Below, piece by piece: positions 39,219 through 51,576 of a stretch of 64,000 nucleotides of DNA (its first letter is position 1; every line of letters starts with the position of its first letter). The stretch is from Trichodelitschia bisporula (taxonomy: Eukaryota): assembly GCA_010356995.1 (NCBI GenBank), contig ML996693.1, positions 1,116,001-1,180,000 of the forward strand. Reading direction: 5' to 3'. Position numbers and translations under genes: made by a program. The notes below the pieces were generated by a model that saw nothing but the letters and a program-made list of their open reading frames with translations, searched no databases and was not told the origin of the DNA.

Positions 39219-42200
39219 ATGGCGAAGAACCTTCGGCAGACTTGCGCCTACCGGGAAGTGCGGTTGCACCTGGACCCGCCCTACACTGGCTTGGTGGTGG
39301 AGTTGACATTGCCGCAAACGAGTATCACACCCTTCACAAAAACAACATCCGGCCGCCGCACCGTTCAAAGCGATACACAAATTAGCAGAGACGAGTCGAG
39401 CTTTGCGAAGCATCACCTGGCCAGCGATGGGTCGATTTACTTCCGCCGCGATGGGCGTTACCCGCGCAATCTGCTCTGGCGGCTGTTGGATGACCGGACG
39501 ACGCTAGAAATACGGTCGGTGGACCTGACGCAGGACACGGAGGTCAACCACGAGGCTATCCTGTTGCTGTCGATCAAATTTTCCACTGCCATTAGGCCAT
39601 TCTCTCTGTCCTTTGCCGAACCGGATGACATTGATGCGGTCAATGTCTTCGCCATCACCACTGGCAACGAACTCTACACTCTCACCATTCCCAAGGACTT
39701 CTTCATCAATCTGAAGGCGACGGATTCGACGCGCTTCGAGTGGTGTAAGATTTACGCCCCGTCGCTGCTCAAGCTCCAGACGCCGTACCGCATGTTTGCG
39801 ACCAGCGCCTACGACCTCTTTGTGAGCTTGGGCGACGGAGGCATCTTGAAGCTGACTAGACACCCGGGTAGCGATGGTAAGTTACGGTATATCGTGCTAT
39901 TCGCGAAGACTAATCCGAGCAGGATCGTCCTGGCAGGAATCATCCTTCACCGAACGTCATTGGACGTCGTCCTTCGCTCGTTCCATCAAGTGGAAATCAC
40001 ACAACACAGTCCGGTTTGGGAACGTCGACTTGGATCCCACTACTACAGCGTCGCTCTGCATCTCCCCCGATGAAGAACACATTTTGACCGTCTGCTTAAA
40101 CCACACACTTCGTGCCTGGAACCTGTCCACGGGCAAGATCGCCTTCGAGGTGGATCTCCTGGGCCATGACGAGCAAAGCACCCGCGGACAGGCTCGGCCG
40201 CTTATCGGTCCTACGCAGCGCCAGCTTCTCCAGCTGGTGCAGATGCCCGGCCGCAACGAGTACTACGCCGTAACGTATCTTCCGAACCAGCACCGCTTCA
40301 AGTTCTGGGCCATAATGGATGCGGACGACGGCTTGGACGGCATCCGCGAGATGCGTGCCGAGTTCAGTTTCACACCTCAACTGGACGACTACATGGACTC
40401 GTCAGTGTGGAGTCTGGAGGAATTCAGCCTTCTCCCGAGCCGCGGCAAGAACCTCACCCAACTGTGGATCCGCGCGCGAGCAGGGCCGGTTTCGCGCGTC
40501 TTTACGGTTCGTCTGGATCCTTTTGACTTTGATCACTTGAACCACGTTGTTTCCCACCGGGAGTTGAGGAAGCTATGGAATTCATGGGAGACGGTGGACC
40601 ATGGCCTGCAGTCGGTCGAAGCTCTCAACGCGCTCGCTCCAAGCGATTGGCAGGAGAAAGTCAACGAGTTGGATCAGTGTGACGTTAACGAATCCTGGCT
40701 CCAGTTTCTCTTCTATCCCGGCCGATTTACGGCGCCTACCCTGGAGACGGCGCTCCATGTCTATCTCCAAGGCCTTCCTGCTGCCGCTGCCACCGAGTTC
40801 TCTCGTCACAGCCGGCTGCCGCTGACGGAGCGGGTCCGTGAAGCGGTTATGGGATCCCTTCCCTCCCGGCTTTCGGGGTACGGCTCTTTTGGTCTCTCGC
40901 ATTCCTCGACGTACGAGCAAGAGGCGGACCACACGGCCCAGTGGCAAGTCTTCTACGGCCTTGTGCGCGACTTGCACAAGCGGAGAGCTGACGCGCTCTC
41001 CTTTGTCATTGATCCTGTTGACCAGCTAGGATGGATTGTGGCGGCTGATTGTGTAGCTCCCATCCGCTCGTTGGGGACTCTAGAGGGCATAGATGCGCGG
41101 CATCCGCAGCCCAAAGTGACAGAGGCTGTGGACGACGTGAAGGCTCTTGTTGGAGTTGCGAAGACCTTTTACAGTTTTCTCCCGCCTTCATACCAGAAGT
41201 CTTTTGAGGAGACTCTCTCGGTCGAAATCATGGAACAGCCGCTCGTCTCGCCCAAGGACCGCATCCAAGCTTTGCAAGAGCGCTGCGGTATTTCCGGGCA
41301 AATTTCGGACGACGATTACACCAAGTTCGAAGCGGCGATCGAGGATGCGGGCGGCTACGGCGTTCTTGACGCAGAGACGTTCCTGGAATGTATTTCTTAC
41401 ACGCGCGAGGACTTCACGAACAACAAAGACAGAGCCGAGGCCCCGAACATGTTTGGCGTGAAGACCGTGGTCCGGGTTGCTGAGGAGCTCATTGTAGTGA
41501 ACACATCCGTTCTCCTGGGGCTCATGGCACTCTTGCTCTTCGTCGAAGGCGAGTACGACCCAACCGACCTGCAGTCCTCCATGGACGCCTCTCTCTGGGC
41601 CTCCGACGGCGTCCGCTGCCACTTCGACGCGCCCGCCGCCTTCACCAAAATCATCGATATGCTCCGCGAGCAAGAAGTCCTGCGCTTCCTCGTCAGCAAC
41701 ACGCGCACGCAGTACCCGAAATCGTCGCGAGGCGGCGACACCCTCTCGCACTCGACCTCCGAAGACCCAACCCGCCAGCCCTACACCGCAACCTTGCTCG
41801 AGAGCATGTTCATCGGCGACTGGACCAACATCCGCGTGAGCAACGATTATCCCACCCCCACGGTGCTGCTGCACTGGGGCAGCCAGTGGCTCTACGGCGC
41901 GGGTATCATCGACCACTTCGACGACTTCACCTCCCACGTGCTCGCCGACCTGCTCAAGGCCGGCAACCTGTCCCTCGCGCGCGCCTTTCTCCCCGCCGCG
42001 CCCCCTACGCCGTGGAACACATACCTGCGCGGCAGGCTGCATCTCGCGCTCGCGGAATTTGACACAGCGGCACGCTTCTTCGCCCGCGCTTCCATGACGC
42101 TATGTTCGTACTCTGCGCGCTTCGCGCCGCCTCCTGTTTCGTACTATGCTGACATGCCAGCCCTTAACTCCCTCGCGGACGCAACCCGCATCCCCCCTGA

Positions 42201-42933
42201 CTCTGCCCGCTTGTTCGCCGACACCAACACATCGCAGCTCTTCGGCGCAGGTATCCCGGCGTACTACGCGCACGTCGTGGATCTCTTCGCCAGCGCCTGC
42301 GCCCACAGCTTCGTCGTGACCTTCGCACAGCGCGGGCTCCAGGCCTCGTCCTCCCCCGTCGCGAAGTCAGAAGACTCCGCGCGTGTCCCGACCTTCCTGG
42401 CCAGTCTCTTCGACGCCGCGATGGCAACCGCGCGCTTCGACGAAGCCTACAGCGCGCTGACGCGGCTGCCCCGCAGTGACGTCCCTGCTGCGCTCGAATC
42501 CTTTGTGGCCACGCTCGTTAGCCGCGGGATGACGGAGCGGCTGCTCGGCTTCGCGTGGACGGGGCTGTACAGCCAGGTCGACTCCGTGCTCGCCTCGCTG
42601 GCTGCGCGCCGCGGGGACCAGTACTGGAAAGCGGTGTATGCGTGGCGGGTGCGCCGGGGAGATTATAGGGGCGCGGCGCAGGCGGCGTATGAACGACTGG
42701 GGGAGGTGAGGGGGGAGGATGTAGTGGGGGCTTACTTGCTTGTTATTAATACGTTGGCGTGTGTGGGGCCGCGGGAGGGGTGGGTTCTCAAGGGCGGGGG
42801 TGGGAAGGGGGAGGCGAGGAAGTTGGTTACGTTGGAGGAAGTGCGGAGGGGGTATCAGGAGGAGTTGGATCGGGTGGCTGCTGTTGAGCAGGGACGATTT
42901 GCGTTTGGAGGGGAGATGGAGGTTGATGTTTAG
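39219..42933 (+). CDS. NUP120: Nucleoporin Nup120/Nup160; intron ~39877-39922 and probable in-frame intron 42104-42160
   Basis: ~1200 aa. YPRNLLWRLL, VCLNHTLRAWNL beta-propeller motif, FLFYPGRF, C-terminal YAWRVRRGDYRGAA and RKLVTLEEVRRGYQEELDRV. Confidence 0.85.
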
Positions 42934-44286
42934 TGTTCTCCTGGCGGGGGGTGGAGGGACGGGGGAGTGGAAGATGTAATACCCTAGAGGCAATTGATGG
43001 TTGATGGATCATATGCTGCCTTTTTGTGAGAGACTGGGCACTCGTGGTACTCCATGTGGATGACTGAACCTGTTGAAGTGCCTTTTACTTCGGTAGTTCC
43101 CACGCAAGCTATCTACTCTGCCATAACTAGAGCATACCGATCTACATCCGCCGATCTGGCATACAAGGGTATATCTACAAATCCAACTTTACATCCGGTG
43201 GGCTCCTTACGGTCCATGCATACGGCGGCTCTAAAGCGGCCAATCCGTTGAGAGGGTGTGTGTAGTAGTAGTGTGTAGTGGACCTCTGATGTGGACATGG
43301 AAGGAGCATTGATATGTCAGGAAGGCGCATGCTAGTTCTAATGGTCATTGATGTAATGAGGGCATGAGAGAAGGAAGAAGCAAAGGAGGATACTTGGCAT
43401 CATGTATTTAAGTCTCCAGAGCCACTTCCTCTCTTCCTCTGTTCGTCTTCTACTTCAATCTTCAGTTTACACAGTTGCTGTTGCACGCGTTGGAGTTTTG
43501 CTCCCATCAGGGCCGAGCTGTTCTTTCGTGACAAAGGAGCAGTCACAAAAGGACGTCTTGCCCCCAGTAATCCACCACACACTACTACCACATGTATACA
43601 AGGCGTATAACAGCAACATAGTGCGGAGAGAGAATACGGGGTGTGATGAAGCGGCAGAGACAGGAGAAGGACGGCGACAAACACGCCTGTAGTAAGGACT
43701 TTCGCGGCATGGAGTGGCCGGATATGCGCGCCGGCAGCTCGGCCCGAACGGGATGCGACCCGCTAAGGCGGAAGCGCGGTGAGATGCTACCATCACTGGG
43801 GGCCGATGTTAATATGGTGTCCGTAGTTGAGATGGACGAGGCAGAGGCCGAGGACCGGCTGTAATCTCGAGCGGATGCGCACTTGCACCTACCAGCCCAA
43901 ACGCAACGACATTCCACTCCTATCCGATCAGCCATGACCTCGCAGCGCGATACTTGGCGGCCTCGACTACAGTCGGGCCAAGCCCAAGGACTTAGCGAAG
44001 ACGAACCCCACTGTTCACCAGACCTTCCCTTGTGGAGTCCCGCGTAAACCTCCAAGCCTTACCTTTACACCCTACGCCCCGTTAGAAGCCAGGCGCATCG
44101 CGCGGGGGCACGACCCGGCCCAGTCTGGCTCTTCCTGCCGTGTAACGGAACCCTGGCCCGGCCGGGCCAACCGGGCGGCCAGTACCGGGCGGCCAATACC
44201 GGGCATCGGGCTCGAGTGCAGGCTCGATGCGGGCTCGATGCCTGAACGTAAAGGGCTTGTCAGAAGCAGGGCACAGGGCGTTTGGA

Positions 44287-44346
44287 TTTGCCGACTTTCC
44301 CAAAAAGCGTGGCGCCTGGGTTTGCCGACTTTCCCCAAAAAGCGTG
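44287..44346. repeat. Direct repeat TTTGCCGACTTTCCC(C)AAAAAGCGTG x2
   Basis: Copies at 44287-44311 and 44321-44346. Confidence 0.85.
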
Positions 44347-44473
44347 ACGGCTCTGGGAGCCGGCCTTGTGCGCCCGTCAGCTGTCAGCGAGTTTACATAA
44401 TACCTCGGCTGCCGCCCGGGAACAGTGAGGAACCGGCGAGTTGTAATGCAGGTGCGGCCGGATGGAGAAATGA

Positions 44474-44531
44474 TTGAGGGAACGGAAGCGGTTTGAGGGA
44501 ACGGAAGCGGTTAGATGGCACGAAGCGGTTA
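44474..44531. repeat. 19-bp tandem repeat TTGAGGGAACGGAAGCGGT x2 plus one degenerate copy
   Basis: Directly visible in the sequence. Confidence 0.85.
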
Positions 44532-46915
44532 GGCGGTGCCGTGCGGTGCAGCCCTCCATTCGGGGATGTCGGTCTTCGGCTCCGCCGGTACGGAAGATGG
44601 CGCCGGATGCTGCGTAATGGACACTGCGTAATGCATTAGCGGATACTCCGTCTTTTCGCACGCAATTTTGGCACCGCGTAGCCATTGGCACGTGAGTCTC
44701 AGCTCCTGTAGGCGAGTGCCGTTCGGGAAGAAGATGCCAGTGTCGGATACAAGGCGTCGGCGCGATAAGAGGGACTGATGAGTGATAAGACGAGGTGCGG
44801 GGTTGGAGACGTGACTCTGGAGATGGTGACACAGCGTTTAGGAGCTTACTCCAGACAGAGAGAGAATGGCCTACGCTATCTCTAGACTTGGATGCGATGC
44901 AAGCCGAAGTCAGGTCAGAAAAGCTGACTCTTGCGCCTTGCAGAGGCTCCAAATCTCGGGACACGGCTCTGTGGGTTTTAGCTGAAGCCAAAACCAAAGC
45001 AAGGCGCTCAATCGGGACAGAAGGGAGGTATTAAGCAGGGACAATGGCTGCCTGACATATGTAGGGCAAAGCTCACGACATTTCAACCCGGCAAGAGCCT
45101 GGTTGAACCCTCAATCCCACCCCGCTGTTCAGCAGGGGAACGGCCTTGATACAGGTCCCCAGGACGGCTGCGAGCCGAGCCCTTAGCCGCAGTCCCAACC
45201 GTCCTTATGGGGTAAGTAAGGAGGCAGATAAAGAGCCCCCCTTCCTTGGGTTCCTTGTGCGTGTATTATGGTAGGCCAGGTTCATGTCGGACGGGCGAGA
45301 AGTGCGGGAGTGGCAGGTCTGGCGCGGTAGTGTGAAGTGCTGAGCAACGTTTTGGGCCGAGATTTCAGAAGTGCGGTGCACTGCAGGTCGATCGAGGGCC
45401 GGCGTGGCGGTTGGCCGTTGTGAGTTTCGCACGGCGCACGTTGTCGCACGTTGCCGGATGATTGGAGATGCAGACGTCGCTGCGGGCGGTGAGCATTTCT
45501 GCTGTTTCCCGCCGCAGTTCGGGTGGGAAAGGCAGTAGCAGTGTCCCCGGTAGTGAGGCACTTTGTAAATTGCAGTTCGTGTTCGGTGGGAGGACTCTGA
45601 GTGACGGTGAAGAGTTGTCGTATCGAACCACGGCGAGGAGTCGGCTAACGTGGGTGCGGAGGTAGACAAAGAGTGGACTGGGAGGTGTGTGATAGAGGAA
45701 GAGGCGGTCGAGGAAGGGGAGAACTGATGGGGTAATAAGTGAGCTCTCAGGGACGGTTCGGCGTGGTGATTAGCCGTAGAGATAGGTTCCTTTTGGCAAG
45801 TGGCAGGTCGATAGTGACATTGATAGCGAGTGCGTGATTTGGTGATGACGAGTGACTTTGGTGGTGGGTGGAGACGATACATCCGTGTGGAGTGGCGGTG
45901 CGGTCCTACAAGCTCAGGCTCATTGAGGAGCGGGGGAAAGTGGCGTATCAGCCACAGAGGCTCTATCTCGTGTGTGTGTGCGATCCCAACGTGCAAGGCG
46001 ATGCGCCCGGTTGATGCGCCCGGTTGTGCTGGCAAAGTTACGTGGAATTTGCGGGGGATGATCGAGGGGGATTCTCCACAGTTTCCCCAGCGTCGTGACC
46101 CCTAACTACTGCCCCCCCGTTCCATCATTTTCACCATCGTCATCATCATCCCATCTCCCCTTCTTCCTCTTCTTCTTCTTCTTCTTCCTCTCATAAACAA
46201 AAAGTCCAAGATGAGGCGCAGTAAGCTCTCTCCCCAATGACGACAGGTCTGGCTTGGCAGGGAAACTATTGTCGATGGTGGTCTTAGCGAACAAATCGCC
46301 TTCTCCACATCCCTTCAACTTCAAACCTTCCACTCCATTCTGCACCAGCAGCACTGCATCCACTTTGCAGACTGCGACCACCGTTCTGCATCACCGCCCA
46401 CTCCTTCTTTTCTCCTCCCACCCCCTCTCAAACTCTAATTGAGGCCCTTATCCCCCTTATACTTCTCATTCTCCTCCCCCTCCTTCAGCTTCGGATCTTC
46501 CTATCCGCCCCTCCTCACTCGCCTTCGGCGGCCACTACTTCCCCCCCATCGTCAGGTCCTTGCTCCGGGATTAACCCTCTCGGTCTATAGCCCGCCCCCC
46601 CCCAGCTCACAGCCGAGCTCTTGCAAACGTGGGCAATCCTGCTCTCCGATCCCGCCTTTGTCCGTCAGGGCCCGTTCAGCCCAAAATCCGCCTTCCCGTT
46701 CCACCCCCCCCCCCCCGGCACCATCGAGCGCCTTGGTTTCGCGGAGAATTACCATACCACACACCTACGCACACCAACCCCCCATACCCCTAGCATTGAC
46801 GCTGCGCGAGGAGCACACGTTGGCCCCGAGGCCGCCCGGCGAGCCGACGACGCAAATCGTCCACTCGTGCCGCCACGCCCTCCACGCCGGGACCAATCAG
46901 TCCAATGTCGCCTCC

Positions 46916-49900
46916 ATGTCCGCTGTGCCTCCCGGTCCGCATAACATCTCGCCTCCCGCCGTCGTGCGTAGCAAGAGCCTTGTCAAAAAGGCCAGCCATG
47001 TTTCTTACCACACGCCTTCGTCTGCTGCCGCGGGCGGGGAGCTAACTCCCAAGCATCTCTCCTACTCTGGCCGGTCCAGGACGGCGCCCAACGCCCTCGA
47101 TACCCTCTGGACCACGTCAATTGATGCTCCGCAACTGTCGGAGCGCGACACCATCTTCTCTACGAACTACAAGTCACCTCCACAATCTCCTGAGATCATT
47201 CCGAAGCGGGAACACGCAAGCCATGAATCACGACAAAGAGACGCTCTGCCTAACCTGGCATCTCCATCTCTTGGACAGGTGACGGAACACGGCACGTTTG
47301 CCCGTAAGAAACCTTCGTCTACCGTTGCGTCTCCCTCGACGCCCGCACATAACGCTCCAATCAGTACCATTACCGCAATCGGCATTCCAAAATCTAGCAA
47401 CGTCCGCAAACCTCAACATAAAGTATCGCAGACCCGACCACCATCACACACGCGGCACGCGGGGCATATGGGTCGGCAGGACAGGCATGGAGTCTCTCTC
47501 GCAGAGCATCCAACGCCGTCGGACGCCTACGACTTTGCCACGGACCATGGGCGCGACGTGAACGAGGCCGAAAGGGCCAAATATCGGTCCTGGCGCGAGG
47601 GCAAGGCCCAATTCAATGCGGAGTCCAGCACGAGAAGTCACAGCAGCGACCGCACTCATGTCGATAAGAAGATATCGGCCACCATCACCAAAGTCGACGG
47701 TCAGTCGAGCGCGGCGCGCAGCCGCAAATCAAGCCAGTACCTTGGATTGTTCAAGGAAATGGACGCCGCCGACGATAAGCGGCGGCGGGAAGAGAAGACG
47801 AAGGAACTTGACGAGGATGGCCGGGCGTTGTTGCCGAGAGACGGCGGTCAGAAGAGTGCAGATGTCACCCGGCCAGGTTCGCCGGTGAGGGGGCCGATGA
47901 TCGGCGAGACGACTGTCGTCCACGAAGAGCCAGGATTTTATCAGGCCCTCGCCCATGGTGGGCCGCAGGGTCACCATTTCGGCAAGGCTTTGGTCAAAAG
48001 CGACCCCGAACTCGGCATCCATGGACTCGGCGTCGAAACCGACGCCAAGCAGCACCGGCATTCACAGCACAGGCCGCCTTTGGAGTCCATCGTGGGCCCT
48101 GCGCCCAAATCATCCCCTCAACCGTCCACTATCCCACTCACCAGCAAGCTCTCGAGACTCGCCATGAATCCACAACGCGGCGATGAACGGCCTTCGGCCA
48201 TTGTTCTTCCAACTCGCGAGCTGAGTCCTTCTCGCATTCCGCTACCGAAGGCAAACACACCCTCTACCGAGCCGTCCGCCTTCATGGATCGCAACGATCG
48301 TCAATCGGCCGCGAACGAGGAAGAGGAGGAATCCGAGCGTGAGCACATATCCTCCGCTCTCTACATTCCGCATCGTCAGATCCTCCCTGAAGATGGTCCC
48401 ATCCTCGAGCGTGTGCATCCTGATGGTCAGCTCGTGACGTCACCATGTCCGCCGACTGAGTGTGTTCCCGCTGGCATTGGTCAACATGGCGACGCTTCAG
48501 AGGCCGAGGGTGAAGTAGAGATCTCATTGCAATCCAAAGATGAGAATTTGGTCTGGCATGGAGATCTTTCGACACGCGCCCCCTCCGAAGTCGATGATGA
48601 GGACTACTACTACTCGACAGTGTCTGATTCCGAGCGTGACGATTACTCTACCAACGAGTTCGAAACCGATTCCGAGGACGAAGCTGGTACTACACCGACG
48701 ACCAAACACCACGGTCACCATCGACGTGCTCCCCGCGGCGCGCCAATTGGCGCCGTCGAGCTCAAGCCTTACAATCACCAAGTCGGCGGCCACAGCACCG
48801 TGTATCGCTTCTCGCGTCGCGCTGTCTGTAAGCAGCTGAACAACCGCGAAAATGAGTTCTACGAGACGGTCGAATTGTACCACCGCAACCTGCTGGACTT
48901 CATGCCGAGGTAAGCATTTCCCCTTGCCCGTCCGGCTGTCAAGCTGAGCCAACCAGCTTCCCAACGTCGCGTTCATTGAATTTCTTGCTGACATGCTGTG
49001 CGTAGGTATATTGGTGTTCTGAATGTCACGTACCGCAAGTCCCCGAAGAAGAAGGAAGCCAAGTCCAATGCCAAGGATGAGGGATCTGATGTCAAGGGGC
49101 CGGCCACGGAGCTTCAAGAGCCCGTCAAGCAAGGGGAGAGCAACGGTGTGCATGATAACAAGGGCGAAGAAGGGCACGCGAAGCCCGAGAGCCCTCGGCG
49201 CGAAGATCAGCCCCGTATCGTCAGCCATTCACAGCAGGAGATGCCCATTCCCCGCGTCATTCTGGAGAACAATCGACACATCATTCCCGAGACTCTGTTC
49301 CCGCATCCGCGCCCGGCCTCGCCTCGGCCGCAATCTGCCGGGCCATCGTTGCTCACCCAGATGCATCGTCACAGTGTTAGCCAGCTGGAGCTCACCGATC
49401 GAGAAGCCACTGCCACGTCTAGCAGTAGTCCCGTGCGTCCTGCCATGAAGCAGTACTCGAGCTGGGGCTCTACGGTCATCAACACGACGCTCAAGGAGCA
49501 GGTCCTGAAGGAAGTTTTCTCTTCCCCGCCCATCCACCGCACTCGTGGCAACCGCCACCGGCGTGACGTTTCGCCTCTTCGTGAGAAGCCCTCCGCAGCA
49601 GTCTCTGGTTCGGCTCCTAGCATTCGTCAGACTCGCTCTGATGTCGCCGTCATGCATTCGTCTTTCTCTGAAGGCAGCGACTCCATGCATAAGCAGCTGC
49701 TTAAGAGCGAGGCCGAGCGCCGCGGTGGTCGTCTCGCCATCCTGGCCCGTGCCGCCGAGCCCACCCCCCCTGCTAGCCCGTACCTTGCGCCACGTGAGGG
49801 TGGCAGCATCGCTGCATCGTCGGACGGTGAGCGCCATTCATCCAAGACGCGCCTTCCGCGTCGGCGCCACTCCGGCGGTGGCCTCCGTCGTCGTCCTTTC

Positions 49901-50959
49901 GATCTCGAAACCGGCAAGCGGAGCGACCTTGAGTTCCACGAAGAGGACGGGTACGGCGGTGATGGCGAGGATGAAGTCTTTGCCATGGACAGTGACGGCG
50001 GCCATCACCCTGCCGGTACCGTTGAAGTGCCGGCGTCGTCGCAGCAGGGCGAGACACGCACTGTTCTGGAGATCAATTCGCCTTCCTCTGGGACGGGTAC
50101 TATGTTGCCGGCTCCCGTTACCAAGCGCAGCACCGACACGACCGTGACCGTTTACACTTCCGAGCCCTGCAACCCAACCCAAGCCCAGCAGGCCCAGATG
50201 CAGAAGGACGAGCGCGTGCAACTGTTCCTGCTCCTCGAGGACCTCACGGCCGGCATGGCGCACCCCTGCGTTCTGGATCTCAAAATGGGCACGCGCCAAT
50301 ACGGCGTCGAAGCTGACGAGAACAAGCAGCGCTCCCAGCGGCGCAAATGCCAAATGACGACGTCCGCCCGGCTGGGCGTGCGCGTGTGCGGGATGCAGGT
50401 CTGGAACGCAGCGGAGGGGGGCTACGTGTTCGAGGACAAGTACTTTGGGCGCGACCTCAAGGCCGGCAAGGAGTTCCAGGAGGCGCTGATGCGCTTCTTC
50501 TACGACGGCCGCGATTACTCGCTCGCTACGCGCCACATCCCTACCATCCTGGACCAGATCGCGAAGCTGGAGCGCATGATCCGCGGTCTCCCCGGTTATC
50601 GCTTCTATGCCTCGAGCTTGCTGCTGCTGTATGACCGCGGTGCGACGGATGCGGCGGACCCGGCTGCTGTTGCGAAGCGTGGCGATATCAAGCTTAAGAT
50701 TGTGGACTTTGCGAATTGTGTTACGGCGGAGGATGCCCTGCCGCGGGATGCGCGGTGTCCGCCGCATGACCCGCATGGTGTGGATAGGGGGTATTTGCGT
50801 GGTTTGCGGACGTTGAGGGTTTATTTCCGGCGGATCTGGAAGGAGGTTAGCAAGACGGAGTATGTGGAAAGGGGGGAGGAGATGCCCCGGCCGTGGGAGG
50901 GGGTTGTGTGGGGGGATGAGGGGGTGGAGGAGGAGGAGGAGGGGGAGGTTAGCACTTAG
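46916..50959 (+). CDS. KCS1: Inositol hexakisphosphate kinase (Kcs1/IP6K); intron 48910-49006
   Basis: [51 protein letters not shown] (PxxxDxKxG), [23 protein letters not shown]. Confidence 0.93.
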
Positions 50960-50990
50960 TCTCCGGTCATGGTCATGATGAGGGTATGAT

Positions 50991-51028
50991 GGGGAGGGGA
51001 GGGGAGGGGAGGAGAGTGGAGGGGAGGG
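50991..51028 (+). repeat. (GGGGA)n purine tract with G-quadruplex potential, 3' of KCS1
   Basis: ggggaggggaggggaggggaggagagtggaggggaggg. Confidence 0.7.
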
Positions 51029-51576
51029 AATTTGTATGCTCTGTTGTGTCCTCCGTGGGTGGATGCGGGCTTATGGGGGTTCGTATGGGGATATCATAGG
51101 GGTTCTTATTAGCGGATGGGGGCGTTTATGGGTTTAAGGGGGCGCTGGGGGTGTGCGCTATGGGGGGGGCTAGCGTGGGTAGACATAGATGGCAATGAGG
51201 TACGGCTGGTATTTATGTCTCTGAGTCCAATGTGAAAGTGTGATACCTTAACCGGCAGCAGGAACGGTGGTAAAGTGCCAGATGTTGTGAAGCCTCACGA
51301 ATCATGAGGCTCGCATCCCCTTTTCAGTCACGCACCAGCACAGCATCACGTCTCAACGCTCAATATCAGTGTACGTCATTCTAACCCATACGGCAAGGCT
51401 ACAGCCAACAACACGCTCAGCAAATGCCCAAAGCCCATAAGAAACACAGAAAACACCGGTCCGAAAATGCACACACACGCAACGCCCATAGCAGCAGTAG
51501 CAAGTGCGGCCTCGCACACACTCCGCCACCAGTGGAGCCAACAGCCTCATGCCCCAGCCTCAGCCTCAGCCTAAGC

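Noticed and set aside
43056..43103. Hairpin containing GCCTTTTAC (U5 loop I sequence)
   Set aside because: The pairing register sequesters part of the motif instead of presenting an 11-nt loop, and there is no Sm site downstream. It is probably a 3' UTR hairpin of NUP120.
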